Origin: a virus
Lineage: Duplodnaviria > Caudoviricetes
Direction: 5' to 3' (one strand)
Virus record (IMG/VR): IMGVR_UViG_3300037264_002561
Location: 895-64,894 of that record
DNA length: 64,000 nucleotides
Positions within the stretch are counted from its first letter, which is position 1. The number at the start of each line of letters is the position of its first letter. Positions 34,539 to 44,062 of this stretch are shown here, piece by piece. The notes under the pieces are model-generated. The model searched no databases and was not told where the DNA came from. It worked only from the letters and a program-made list of their open reading frames with translations. A program made the position numbers and the translations under genes.

Positions 34539-36254
34539 ATGAACCGCCTCCTTCCAGTCCTCCTCCTGCTGATCGCGAGCCTCACCTTCGGGTGGGATGG
34601 TGGGTACCCAGGTCAGGGGACTGGGAGCGGGCCTGCCGGGTCGACAACTCTCCAGGACGCCTACAACAACAGCCCGGCTCCGAAAACCTTGAACATCCCG
34701 GCTGCCGCCGATCTGACGTTCGAGTTGGAGTTGAACGCTAATTTCCGTCTCCGGGAACCTGGGGCTGGAGAAACCTTCCTCCAATGCACCTACACCGGCA
34801 TCGACGAGATCACGACTCTCGAGTCCATGACCCTCAGCTACAGCAGCTCGACTTTCCCTGATGAGGTTTGGCTGCTCCGGAATACTTACTGGGACAAGTA
34901 TTCACTCAATGTCACCGACACCAACTTCGACGTCGGGTTCAACCTCGGGGGCGAGGGTGGCTCGTTCCGAGTCCTCGACAGGTTTAGCTCCGCCACTGTC
35001 CTTGAGGCCACTTCGACGACATTCGACCTGAGCGGCACGCTCGAGGTCGATACGATCACCAACAAGGCGGGGACGGGTGCGCCGAACGCAACCTACGGCA
35101 TCGCCGGTATCATCATCGAAGACACCATCGGGTCCGGGGCGACCGGCTACCCACTGGTGGCGGATGCTGCGGGCGATCCGACGTACGTCGCCACCTCCGT
35201 GATCGAGCTGGTGGACCTCAACTCCAAGACCAATGGCACCAACGCGTCGGCGACTCAAGTGCCGATCGCGAACGGGTCTGGTGGAATAACGTGGGGAGCG
35301 GCTGGAACGAGCTTCATCCCGGGGCTGCTCACGCCGAAGCTCGGCGGTAGCGGTGCCGACGGTGTCGGTCCAGCGACCACCGGGAACCTCGACACGGGCA
35401 ATCTCAAACAGTACTCCTCGTGGACGATCAATGCCGGCGAGACAATCACGCTGACCAACGCTGGCGGCGTCTCGCGCGTAACGGTCTCAGGGAACTGCAC
35501 CATCAACGGCACCCTGACGGCGACAGGCAAGAGCCCGATTACGGTCAGTCTGGGAAGCGCTTCTGGCAGCGCCTCGGAGCACCAGACGCGCGTGCCCCCG
35601 ATCAGCACCTCGGCGACCGCTACGCTATGGGACCTAGACGGTAACTGCACCGATCTCCGGCTCGGCGGTGGTGGCGGTGGTGGAGCTCGCCTCACGAGCG
35701 GCACGAGCGGCAATGGTGCCAACACGCGGATCATCTCGTTCGGCGGAAACGGGCGCGCGAACACCTTTGGTGCGGGCCGCGCGAACGACGGGGTGGGCGC
35801 TGCCGCAGCAGCGCCCACGAACCTGTCGAACCTGCGGCTGTACGCGGCCAATGCTAGCTGGTACATGCTCGGGCTCTGCCCAGGAGGACCGGGCGGTGGC
35901 GGCGGTTGCGGGATCCTGTCCGGGGCGGCAGATGGCACCGGCTCGAACGGCGGTCTCGGTGGGGGTGTCATCGTCCTGGAGGTCGGTGGGACTCTCACGA
36001 TAGGAGCAGCCGGTGTCGTTGCCGCCAACGGCAATGCAGGGAGCAACGGCGGTGCCGGTGCGAGTGTCGGGGGCGGTGGTGGCGGTGGTGGAGCCGGTGG
36101 GCGGATCCTGCTCCGGGCCCCCACGATCGCGAACTCCGGCTCGGTCACGGTCGCCGGTGGTGCTGCCGGCGCCGCCGGCACCGGGGTAACCTATGCCGGC
36201 GGTGCCGGGGCAGCGGGCGAGACCGGCCTATCCTTGGTCGAGGTCGTGCAGTGA
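34539..36254 (+). CDS. Fibre/adhesin-like protein with signal peptide and glycine-rich C-terminal domain
   Basis: MNRLLPVLLLLIASLTFG-WD; GGGGGGG runs typical of polyglycine-II adhesin tips; GAGGA RBS. Confidence 0.8.
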   Translation: MNRLLPVLLLLIASLTFGWDGGYPGQGTGSGPAGSTTLQDAYNNSPAPKTLNIPAAADLTFELELNANFRLREPGAGETFLQCTYTGIDEITTLESMTLSYSSSTFPDEVWLLRNTYWDKYSLNVTDTNFDVGFNLGGEGGSFRVLDRFSSATVLEATSTTFDLSGTLEVDTITNKAGTGAPNATYGIAGIIIEDTIGSGATGYPLVADAAGDPTYVATSVIELVDLNSKTNGTNASATQVPIANGSGGITWGAAGTSFIPGLLTPKLGGSGADGVGPATTGNLDTGNLKQYSSWTINAGETITLTNAGGVSRVTVSGNCTINGTLTATGKSPITVSLGSASGSASEHQTRVPPISTSATATLWDLDGNCTDLRLGGGGGGGARLTSGTSGNGANTRIISFGGNGRANTFGAGRANDGVGAAAAAPTNLSNLRLYAANASWYMLGLCPGGPGGGGGCGILSGAADGTGSNGGLGGGVIVLEVGGTLTIGAAGVVAANGNAGSNGGAGASVGGGGGGGGAGGRILLRAPTIANSGSVTVAGGAAGAAGTGVTYAGGAGAAGETGLSLVEVVQ

Positions 36255-36376
36255 TGCTGGCCGCGTGCATTGCTGCTGTGCTGGTTGTGGCGTGGTGGAT
36301 GGACGAGCGCGCCATGCGATCAGCGGAACGGAAGCGGGAAGTCACGCTGGCCATGTTACTCGGGCGGTGGCCATGA
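36254..36376 (+). CDS. Small membrane peptide (40 aa)
   Basis: Overlaps stop/start codons on both sides; MLAACIAAVLVVAWW. Confidence 0.5.
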   Translation: MLAACIAAVLVVAWWMDERAMRSAERKREVTLAMLLGRWP

Positions 36377-36726
36377 CCCTGCTCATCGGAACGGGCCTGA
36401 TCGTCCTGGGCGCTGCCCTGTGGGCGGACTATCGTGACGACGAGCGCAAGCGCATCGCGGGCTCGACCTATGAACTGCCCGAGCGGCCCGACATCCAGGG
36501 GCACGCCATCACCATCATCAACGCTCACGACGGGGTACTAACGGTCACAACTCCTAGCGTGGCAATCGAGTGCCAACTTCTATGGGTGGACACAAACGGC
36601 AAGCCGGTCCGTGGCTGGAACGCGGACGCGTCGGTGCGGCTCACTTACCAGGGTGCTGGAGTCACGCTCTACCGAGAGAACGGCTCGTGGCTCGGGTTTC
36701 CGCACGGACTCGGAGTGGAGGACTGA
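36373..36726 (+). CDS. Small membrane-anchored protein
   Basis: ATGA overlap; MTLLIGTGLIVLGAALW. Confidence 0.6.
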   Translation: MTLLIGTGLIVLGAALWADYRDDERKRIAGSTYELPERPDIQGHAITIINAHDGVLTVTTPSVAIECQLLWVDTNGKPVRGWNADASVRLTYQGAGVTLYRENGSWLGFPHGLGVED

Positions 36727-36727
36727 A

Positions 36728-37159
36728 ATGAAGCGCCTGCTGCTGATCCTGTGCCTAGCCCTGGCGACCACCGCCCAGGCCGCGCGACCGCCAACCCCGC
36801 TGGCTGCCCACGACGCCCGGCGTGCTGCCGACCGCTCAATCCTGTCGGCCCCGGGGCACCTCCGGGACCAGTGGTGCGTGCCTGCCTCGGAAGCCGCCCT
36901 GCGGTCCTGGGTCAAGTCTGGGGGGACCGGCTGGCTCCTGGAGATCGAGGGCACCAGGTACCACCAGGGGCACGCCATGACCTGGCTGGAGGGGCCCCCG
37001 GAGTACGCCCCGGGCGGCTGGTACATCGACCCCCGGCAGGGCTCGGCCAGGGGCGGGGGGACCATCCTGGAGTGGGCGCCTTCCCCCGAGGTGGCCATCC
37101 GCCGGTACCGCAACCGGCCGGGGATCCCGCGGGCGTGGAGCAAGCCCTACCCATGGTGA
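36728..37159 (+). CDS. Exported transglutaminase/papain-like (Cys-His-Asp) protein
   Basis: Signal MKRLLLILCLALATTAQA-AR; DQWCV, QGHAMTW, WYIDP; GGAGG RBS. Confidence 0.55.
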   Translation: MKRLLLILCLALATTAQAARPPTPLAAHDARRAADRSILSAPGHLRDQWCVPASEAALRSWVKSGGTGWLLEIEGTRYHQGHAMTWLEGPPEYAPGGWYIDPRQGSARGGGTILEWAPSPEVAIRRYRNRPGIPRAWSKPYPW

Positions 37160-37284
37160 CCGCGGTTGGCCTGATCGTCCTCGGTGTAGTGGCGGTACTG
37201 TTTCTGGCTTCCTACATCGACCAAGATGACGAAATGGAACGGACGGAAGTTCCGCCGCTGAGTCGGAGGAAGAAGGACCGATGA
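37153..37284 (+). CDS. Small membrane peptide (43 aa)
   Basis: MVTAVGLIVLGVVAVLFLA; overlaps both neighbours. Confidence 0.5.
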   Translation: MVTAVGLIVLGVVAVLFLASYIDQDDEMERTEVPPLSRRKKDR

Positions 37285-39743
37285 AGAAGATCCTCTGGTT
37301 CGTCGCAATCATCCTCTGCTCTTCAAGTGTCCTGGCTGGCTCGTACACGACCAACCTGAACCTCTACAAGCCCAGTGTGGGGGAGGTCGGATACGGGGCG
37401 CTCGTCTCCAACAACTTCCAGAAGGTCGACGACGGGGCTTGCATCTTCTCTTCTACCGTTCCTGCCCTGTCGGTCGTCGGTGACATGGTCTATATCGACG
37501 GCGTTGATACTGCTGCACTCTCGAAAGCAGATGCCGCTCTGACCGCAGTAGTCCAAGGGGTGATCGTCGAGAAGATGACGGGGACGACCGCGCGAGTGCG
37601 GACTTGTGGACGCATCGAGGGTCTGGCTGGTCTGACACCAGGAGCCGATTATTACCTGAGCGCGGCCACAGCCGGGAAGATCACGGCAACAGCTCCAGTG
37701 GCCCCCAACAAGGTGGTGAAAATCGGCCGGGCCAAGAACGCTACAACTCTCGCCCTCGCCAACTCAATCATCGAAGATCCAGCTTCCCTGGCGAGCGGCG
37801 ATCTCCAAACCGTCTACGACAACAGCCTCTCGGGAGCCAACATCGACCTCGATCTCGGGGGTGACATCACCATCCGCTCGAACGCGTCGGCCCCATTCGC
37901 TTCGTTCGATGAAACGGAAGAGGCTCAGTATCTCACGAGACTTCTTGGGTTCGATGGAGCCACCCTCGATCTCGAGGCGGCAGCCGGAGAAGACATCCTC
38001 ATGACCAGCGATGGGGGTACGGCACGGCTCGAGAACACGGGCGAATTCGTCCTGAGCTTTTCTGTGGTCTCCCCTCTCTTCAGTTCCTACGCCGGCACCG
38101 ATACGATCGTCCAGGCCCCGGTCGGTCAGGCCGTCGTCCTCAGAGACGCCAGCTCGAACCCCAGGGTGACGGTACTCGCCGTGGGATCGACTTCCGTGAC
38201 GGGGGACTTGAACGTCTCCAACGAAGTCACATCCCTCAATGTCGACTCGGTGGACGCTACGATCTCGAACACCGCCACGATCATGCACGCCAACGTCGAT
38301 CGCTTGGCTCAATCCATGGGCTCTTACACGATCGCTGGGGGGGAGATCACTCTCGGAAATCACGGCTTCCTCATGATCGATACCGAGGGCGCTGCCGCGA
38401 CTGACGACCTCGATACGATCAATCCTCCTGGTGGTCTCGCCAATGGAACCAGGATCATGCTCCATGCGGTCGATCCTGCCCGGTTGGTAGTCCTCAAGGA
38501 TGGGACGGGAAATCTCAATCTCGGCGGAGCCAATCGGGTGCTCGAGTCGGGGATTACCAAAGAGCTGGTCTGGCACGATGACCACTGGACGATCATCTTG
38601 CCGTTCGGAGTCGGGACGGCCGTCGTTTCTCCAGGTGTATCGACCGAACATGCTATCGCGCGCTGGGCCAATGGGAACGGCGTCGAGATCGAAGATTCGG
38701 AAACGATCCTCTTCGATGATGGCGTGGCCCTCTTTCCCACCAACGTGATCGTGGAGGGGGCGCTCTTCGCGGGTCGTTCGGCCGACGGGTCTGAAACCAC
38801 AAGCGGAACGATCTACCTCAGCGGTCGAGCCGGCAACCAGACTTTAATGATCGACGCCCGAACTTCCTCGGGTACCGATGTGGCCGGACGGGACTCTTTC
38901 TCGTTCTTTGGTCCTACGAGCCCAGGTTCCCCAGCCTCGATCGAGTCTCTTCGGATTACCACGACAACTCTGGTAGTCCCTAACGCTACCTTCCAGACTC
39001 CCGCGGCCGGGGTATTTCGGATCCTGGCCAATGCTTCGCGAGCCATTTCTATTCGTGCTGGGGCTGGAGCGAGTGCAGATATTCAGGCCGATGGCGGGAG
39101 TGGAGCTATTCTCAGTCTCAACCCAAGTGCCGGAGCAGCTAGTTTCTCGGCGTGTTCTGTACTGGGTACCGTCTCTCAGTTCAGTCTGGATACTGATGGG
39201 GGACTCACTTCGGCCCAAGGAATCATCGACATCGGTGTTGTTGGTGGAGGCCCATCCTTCCGTCTCCGGACTGACAATAACGGAGCTGGCAACTACGACA
39301 AGTTCTCGATCCGGGGACCGGCTAGTCCCGCCGTAGGTGGGTCCGTAGAGATGATGGAGCTGACCACCGCCACGGTCATCGCCCCCCTGGACCTGGAGGT
39401 CAATGGTTGGTCTGGGATGGGTACGACCGAACAAGCCTTCGTTCTCGGAGCTGGCGTCACAGCGACTCCATCACTCACCAAGCGGTATGTGGTCATCTCC
39501 GCTGATGCGGGCGGTAACACCCTTCTCACGGCCCCCTGTACGAACTGCCAAGAGAGTGATGAGCTCGTCCTCGAGAAGGGCGACGCGGACTTCCTCGCTC
39601 TCGATGGAGTGGCTAGCCCAGGGGCCGATGCCTTTGGCTTCTGGCAGGGTGGAGATTGTATCCTGTCGGGTATCAACTCGATGGCGATCCTTCATCGCAC
39701 AAGCGGCGGCTACTGGAAGGTGAAGTCGTGCAATCAGTCCTGA
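37281..39743 (+). CDS. Large tail-fibre-like protein with signal peptide
   Basis: MKKILWFVAIILCSSSVLA-GSYTTNLNLYKP...NNFQKVD fibre-type N-terminus; GLTPGADYYLS; IDTEGAAATDDLDTI. Confidence 0.8.
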   Translation: MKKILWFVAIILCSSSVLAGSYTTNLNLYKPSVGEVGYGALVSNNFQKVDDGACIFSSTVPALSVVGDMVYIDGVDTAALSKADAALTAVVQGVIVEKMTGTTARVRTCGRIEGLAGLTPGADYYLSAATAGKITATAPVAPNKVVKIGRAKNATTLALANSIIEDPASLASGDLQTVYDNSLSGANIDLDLGGDITIRSNASAPFASFDETEEAQYLTRLLGFDGATLDLEAAAGEDILMTSDGGTARLENTGEFVLSFSVVSPLFSSYAGTDTIVQAPVGQAVVLRDASSNPRVTVLAVGSTSVTGDLNVSNEVTSLNVDSVDATISNTATIMHANVDRLAQSMGSYTIAGGEITLGNHGFLMIDTEGAAATDDLDTINPPGGLANGTRIMLHAVDPARLVVLKDGTGNLNLGGANRVLESGITKELVWHDDHWTIILPFGVGTAVVSPGVSTEHAIARWANGNGVEIEDSETILFDDGVALFPTNVIVEGALFAGRSADGSETTSGTIYLSGRAGNQTLMIDARTSSGTDVAGRDSFSFFGPTSPGSPASIESLRITTTTLVVPNATFQTPAAGVFRILANASRAISIRAGAGASADIQADGGSGAILSLNPSAGAASFSACSVLGTVSQFSLDTDGGLTSAQGIIDIGVVGGGPSFRLRTDNNGAGNYDKFSIRGPASPAVGGSVEMMELTTATVIAPLDLEVNGWSGMGTTEQAFVLGAGVTATPSLTKRYVVISADAGGNTLLTAPCTNCQESDELVLEKGDADFLALDGVASPGADAFGFWQGGDCILSGINSMAILHRTSGGYWKVKSCNQS

Positions 39744-40243
39744 AGATCCTCCTGGCACTGTGTCTGGCTTGCGCCTCTTGGGCCGATGGTCAATACGCGG
39801 TTTATGGCGAGGTCTGCCACACAGGTGACATCGCCGATACCGCTTTCGTCGGGATCGCCACCTACCCGAGCCTGACGAGCGTGGCGAGTGCCGCTCAACT
39901 CAACTGTGGGCTCTCCATCGGTGCTCCCTTCGTCACCACCTCAACCGGATCCATCACCATTGGAGCTCTCGGTGGAGGTTTGTACAAAGTCGTCGCTGTC
40001 TGTTCTTTCTCTGGAACGACCAACGCCACCTACCACATGGTCGTGACCAAAGGGGGGTCGAACGCGATGATCGAAGGTGAACGGAAATTCGCCACGGGAA
40101 CAGACACCAATGGTCTTACGGCCCAGGGTCTTCTTCGTCTCGTGAGCACCGACGTTCTCACCTTGGCGTTCGGGGCTGATGCTCCGGCCAAGGACGTCAC
40201 GATCAACCACATGCGATTGGTAGTCCAGAGGATTGCCCCATGA
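39728..40243 (+). CDS. Exported beta-sandwich (C1q/BclA-like) protein
   Basis: GGAAGGTG RBS + GTG; MQSVLKILLALCLACASWA-DG; GLYKV...GLLRL...D.L pattern. Confidence 0.65.
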   Translation: MQSVLKILLALCLACASWADGQYAVYGEVCHTGDIADTAFVGIATYPSLTSVASAAQLNCGLSIGAPFVTTSTGSITIGALGGGLYKVVAVCSFSGTTNATYHMVVTKGGSNAMIEGERKFATGTDTNGLTAQGLLRLVSTDVLTLAFGADAPAKDVTINHMRLVVQRIAP

Positions 40244-40293
40244 TCGGCAACCCCACTTCTTTCAACAGATCCCATGTCCACAAGGAGGACATT

Positions 40294-41607
40294 ATGCGTC
40301 ACCTGATCCTGACCCTCGCCCTCTTCGTGGGCGCCATCGGGGGTCTCTCCGCCGCCCCCAACGACATCGAAACCTTCCTCGATACCACCGTTCGTCGCAA
40401 TCTCACTACGAAGAACCTCACCGTGACGGGGACGTTCTCGATCTCGGGTTCGCTTGCCAATACCGAGATCCGCAGCGGTCGGTACATGAAGTCGCTCGAC
40501 GAAACGGCCAACGCCATCCCCTTCCGCATCAACACCTCGAACACCGCCGGCTTCGGACAGGGAACGGCCGGCAACCCTGCCCTGATGCGCGGGAGTGCCC
40601 CCCAGGTCGAGGCCGCCAATGGCGAGACCTACGTGGGAACCGAACTTCTCGTGGACAAGGGAGGTACCGGGACTGAGTCCTGGATCGGGTTCTCGGGAGC
40701 AGTTGTCGGAAACAACGCTTCCACGAAGCTCGACATGACGGGCAACTCCCTCGTGGTCAAGGTGGCCGGCAGCCCAGCGTTGCCGAGTTCGGTCGAAGCT
40801 CTCGTAGCGACCAGCGCGACTCTCGAGATCCCCGGGAGCATCCACCTCGACAAGGGTGGCACGGGTACCGGAGCCGTCATCTTCTTCAGCGGCCCGGCCG
40901 ACACCAGCGAATCGTCCTGGCTCGACGGGGCTGGGAACCGGCTCACCGTTGAACTGGCGGGGGATCCCGGATCCCCCGGTTCGGTGACGGCTCTTACCGT
41001 GACGAGCACAAGCATGTCGACCGTAGCCGATGTCTCGGTCGGCGATGACCTCACCGTAACGGGCGACGCCGACTTCAGTTCCTCGGTCGCCGTCAAGTTC
41101 GGTTCCAACGTCCCCACGATGGTGACGAGCAAGACGATCTGGATCCCCGCCTCCGACTTCGCCCTACCTTCGGCTAACCCGGCCGCTGTGTCGGAGCAAG
41201 GATCGGGGTACACCCTTGCCTTTGCCGATGCCGCCACCGACGACTTCGCCTGGTACACCTGGGGGATCCCCGACGACTTCGACAAGACCGGCTCCTTCAT
41301 CTTCGTCAAGCCGGTTTACAACATCCCCAGTGGCACCGTGGAAGAGGGCAAGTGGGACTTGGCCTACGCCAGTTATGCTGATGGTGGCGCCGACTCGGCC
41401 CCCGCTGGAGAGGTGACGACCCTCGATACCCCCTCCGGGAACGACAAGTGGGACGTCTCGGCGGAGCTCCAGCTCCCTAAGGCAGCCGTCGGTGCGAGCA
41501 CCAAGCTCATTGACCTCTATTTGAGCCATGACGTCGCCAACGCCTTCGGTGGCACGGTGCACCTCAAGGGCGTCCTCCTCACCTACACCACGTCGAAGAA
41601 CTACTGA
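40294..41607 (+). CDS. Fibre-like protein with signal peptide and internal 65-aa repeat
   Basis: AAGGAGG RBS; MRHLILTLALFVGAIGGLSA-AP; DKGGTGT twice (40654, 40849). Confidence 0.8.
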   Translation: MRHLILTLALFVGAIGGLSAAPNDIETFLDTTVRRNLTTKNLTVTGTFSISGSLANTEIRSGRYMKSLDETANAIPFRINTSNTAGFGQGTAGNPALMRGSAPQVEAANGETYVGTELLVDKGGTGTESWIGFSGAVVGNNASTKLDMTGNSLVVKVAGSPALPSSVEALVATSATLEIPGSIHLDKGGTGTGAVIFFSGPADTSESSWLDGAGNRLTVELAGDPGSPGSVTALTVTSTSMSTVADVSVGDDLTVTGDADFSSSVAVKFGSNVPTMVTSKTIWIPASDFALPSANPAAVSEQGSGYTLAFADAATDDFAWYTWGIPDDFDKTGSFIFVKPVYNIPSGTVEEGKWDLAYASYADGGADSAPAGEVTTLDTPSGNDKWDVSAELQLPKAAVGASTKLIDLYLSHDVANAFGGTVHLKGVLLTYTTSKNY

Positions 41608-41614
41608 TCCTCCG

Positions 41615-41656
41615 GCGACCCCAGAGGGGATTTCACCCCGTCTCTTCTGGGGTCGT
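41615..41656 (+). terminator. GC-rich stem-loop closing the exported-protein cluster
   Basis: GCGACCCCAGAGGGGA-N10-TCTCTTCTGGGGTCGT; no U-tract. Confidence 0.6.
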
Positions 41657-41671
41657 CCCAAGGAAAAGACC

Positions 41672-41917
41672 ATGGGCAATCTCGTTCTTGCCACTCAAGC
41701 CCCCGGAGCAGCTCTCGAGAGCCGCAACCTCTCGCTTGAGATTGACGTTCTTCAGCAGAAGAACGAAGCCTTGCTGCAAACAACATTGGCTCTCATCTCG
41801 ATCTTGAACGAAAAAGGTCTGCTTTCGTTGGAGGATCTCGCAAAGCGAGGTGTCCGTCCAATCATCGTCCCATCCACTCCACCTCTTCCAGAACCTCTGG
41901 CTGTGAAAGGAACCTGA
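41672..41917 (+). CDS. Small hypothetical coiled-coil protein
   Basis: AAGGA RBS + ATG. Confidence 0.55.
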   Translation: MGNLVLATQAPGAALESRNLSLEIDVLQQKNEALLQTTLALISILNEKGLLSLEDLAKRGVRPIIVPSTPPLPEPLAVKGT

Positions 41918-41918
41918 C

Positions 41919-42317
41919 GTGGCCGCTCTCATCACCAACGTAGGTGAGGAATACCTCCTGGCCGTTGGCCTGAACAAGCAGGCCGCCGAAGACCTCGAGC
42001 TCCGACTCTTCACGAACGACAAGGCTCCGGCCGAAGGAGATGTCCTGGGCGACTACACTGAGGCCGTCGGCTTCGGGTATGTCGCCAAGACCCTTCTGGG
42101 AGGGAGTTGGAGCATGGTCCTGGGAGCCCCCACGGTGGCCTCCTACGTTTCCCAGGTGTTCACCTTCACGGGAGCCCTCGGAAACGTCTACGGCTACTAC
42201 GTGGTTGCCCCTGGGGCTGGGGTGGTGGTTTGGGCCAACCGGTTTTCGAACGGTCCCTATGCCATCGTCAACAACGGGGATGCCGTCACGGTGATCCCGC
42301 GTCTTGGAGCTGACTGA
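41919..42317 (+). CDS. Virion appendage/minor tail protein
   Basis: LRLFTND, YTEA...GY, VYGYYV pattern common in phage fibre-base proteins. Confidence 0.7.
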   Translation: MAALITNVGEEYLLAVGLNKQAAEDLELRLFTNDKAPAEGDVLGDYTEAVGFGYVAKTLLGGSWSMVLGAPTVASYVSQVFTFTGALGNVYGYYVVAPGAGVVVWANRFSNGPYAIVNNGDAVTVIPRLGAD

Positions 42318-42334
42318 TAGGGGGGTTTCCTAAC

Positions 42335-43207
42335 GTGGCTATCACCCGACTGCCACAGATCGAGGCGGGCCGAAGGCCCGCCTTTGAGTCTTTCAAGTCG
42401 CTTCCATCTCACACGGCTGGCGCTTTGGGAACTTGGCTTTATTCACCGGGCTTTCCTATGGGCGGGGAGAGTCATATACCGGCGGTTGGTCCTGCTGGAG
42501 AAGCTCTAGTTAGTCACCCAGGTCAAGTCCCTTTCCAAAACCCTCCGAGTGGGATGAATGCCTACCTAACTGGGTTCGCGCTTTCGGCGAACAACGCGGG
42601 TGGGGCAACATTTCTGTGTGATCGCTTGTGGCACAACGGGGGAGTTGTTCGCGAGACTGTGACGGAGCAGGCTATTGATTCGGTGATCTTCCCGCCGAGA
42701 GATCGAAACGGGGCGGTTGATGGGGAGGGGGTTCTTATCGGCCTTGAAGTACCGTTCTTCGTTTGTCTTGCGTCGCTAACACTAGCTGCTCCGTTCCCAA
42801 CTATCAGGTATACAAACTCCCAGGGCGTTCCAAATCGTGTCGGGACGTTGTTCTCAATGGCTATCAATGCTCCTACTCCCGGTACGATGGTAGGAGCATT
42901 TGGGGTCTTTGCCCTGGATCTTGGGGATACTGGAGTTCAATCCATTCAAGGATTGACGCTCGCGAATAGTGGGTTTGTCACGGTTACAGGTTCCCCCGTT
43001 GCTTCCACTTCCATCCACCTCGTTGCTTACCGTGTTCTGGCGATGCTCCCAGGAAGAGGAGCTACAGCACAACGGGCAAAAGAATCCATGGATCCTATGG
43101 CTCTTTGTATGCCTCGGCTCTACGACAACACCGTGCCATTCTTCATCCGGCTCGCCGCTGTCTCGGTTGGTCAGGCTTACGGAACTATCCAGACGGCTCA
43201 AGGATAA
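42335..43207 (+). CDS. Virion appendage protein, paralog 1 of 3
   Basis: DRLWHN, P.RD..G, PRLYDNTVPF shared with next two genes. Confidence 0.75.
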   Translation: MAITRLPQIEAGRRPAFESFKSLPSHTAGALGTWLYSPGFPMGGESHIPAVGPAGEALVSHPGQVPFQNPPSGMNAYLTGFALSANNAGGATFLCDRLWHNGGVVRETVTEQAIDSVIFPPRDRNGAVDGEGVLIGLEVPFFVCLASLTLAAPFPTIRYTNSQGVPNRVGTLFSMAINAPTPGTMVGAFGVFALDLGDTGVQSIQGLTLANSGFVTVTGSPVASTSIHLVAYRVLAMLPGRGATAQRAKESMDPMALCMPRLYDNTVPFFIRLAAVSVGQAYGTIQTAQG

Positions 43208-43210
43208 GTC

Positions 43211-44053
43211 GTGGCAATAGCAACCCTCCAACAGCTCATAGACGGGCTACAGCCCATCGAGGAAGCAACGAAGACGGGTGTTACAGCCGAAGCCGCAGCC
43301 GTTCTCCAGAGCCTTTGGTACGCTGCTGGGCGACCAGCCGCGGCGGCAGCTCCAGCTCCGGGCTTGGCAGGAGCCGCCCTCACTTCGGATGCAGGGCAGA
43401 TCCCCTTCCGAAATCCTGCGGGCGGGAGTAACGCTTACCTTGCGAAGTTGGCGTGCAATCAAGTTATCCTAGGGCCCATTTTTCTCGCTGATAGGCTCTG
43501 GCACAACTCTGGTCTCGATGTTACGCTCGCCACTGTTCAAGCCGTCAACTCTGTTGCCTGGCCCGCTCGCGATCAGGATGGCTCCACGGGTGGCAACGGA
43601 GTCATGGTCGGTATTGAGGTTCGTACTGCCACGACCAACGCGGCGGCTGTTCTAAACGCCACCCTCGACTACACAAACTCTGCGGGCACTCCCGGTCGCA
43701 CAGGGACCATCCTGCCAACTACGGGCATTCCTGCTACGGCTGTAGCCGGCACCTTCATCCCCTTCATGCTCGCTGCTGGAGATGCTGGTATTCGCTCCAT
43801 CCAGAACATCACCCTGGGCACCAGCTTGGGAGCGGGAGCAATCCACCTCGTTGCCTACCGTGTGATAGCTATGGCGGGGGGAGAGTTTATACTTTCACCC
43901 TTCGGCCTGACCCCGTTAGCAGAGTTTGATCGAGACCCGGTTTCTCTTGGTCTGCCCCGTCTTTACAACAATACGGTCCCTTTCTTTCTGAGACTGGCGG
44001 CGGCCGTTACCGCCTCAGCGGCGTATTACCGCTTTCAACTCGCGCACGGATAG
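43211..44053 (+). CDS. Virion appendage protein, paralog 2 of 3
   Basis: Same motifs as paralog 1. Confidence 0.78.
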   Translation: MAIATLQQLIDGLQPIEEATKTGVTAEAAAVLQSLWYAAGRPAAAAAPAPGLAGAALTSDAGQIPFRNPAGGSNAYLAKLACNQVILGPIFLADRLWHNSGLDVTLATVQAVNSVAWPARDQDGSTGGNGVMVGIEVRTATTNAAAVLNATLDYTNSAGTPGRTGTILPTTGIPATAVAGTFIPFMLAAGDAGIRSIQNITLGTSLGAGAIHLVAYRVIAMAGGEFILSPFGLTPLAEFDRDPVSLGLPRLYNNTVPFFLRLAAAVTASAAYYRFQLAHG

Positions 44054-44062
44054 GAGTCTCTT

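Noticed and set aside
35535-35544. Half-sites such as CCGATTACGG (also near 45039 and 48710)
   Set aside because: Only one arm present; compatible with chance in coding sequence
35663-36210. GGC/GGT runs as microsatellite repeats
   Set aside because: They encode the polyglycine segments of the adhesin-like domain
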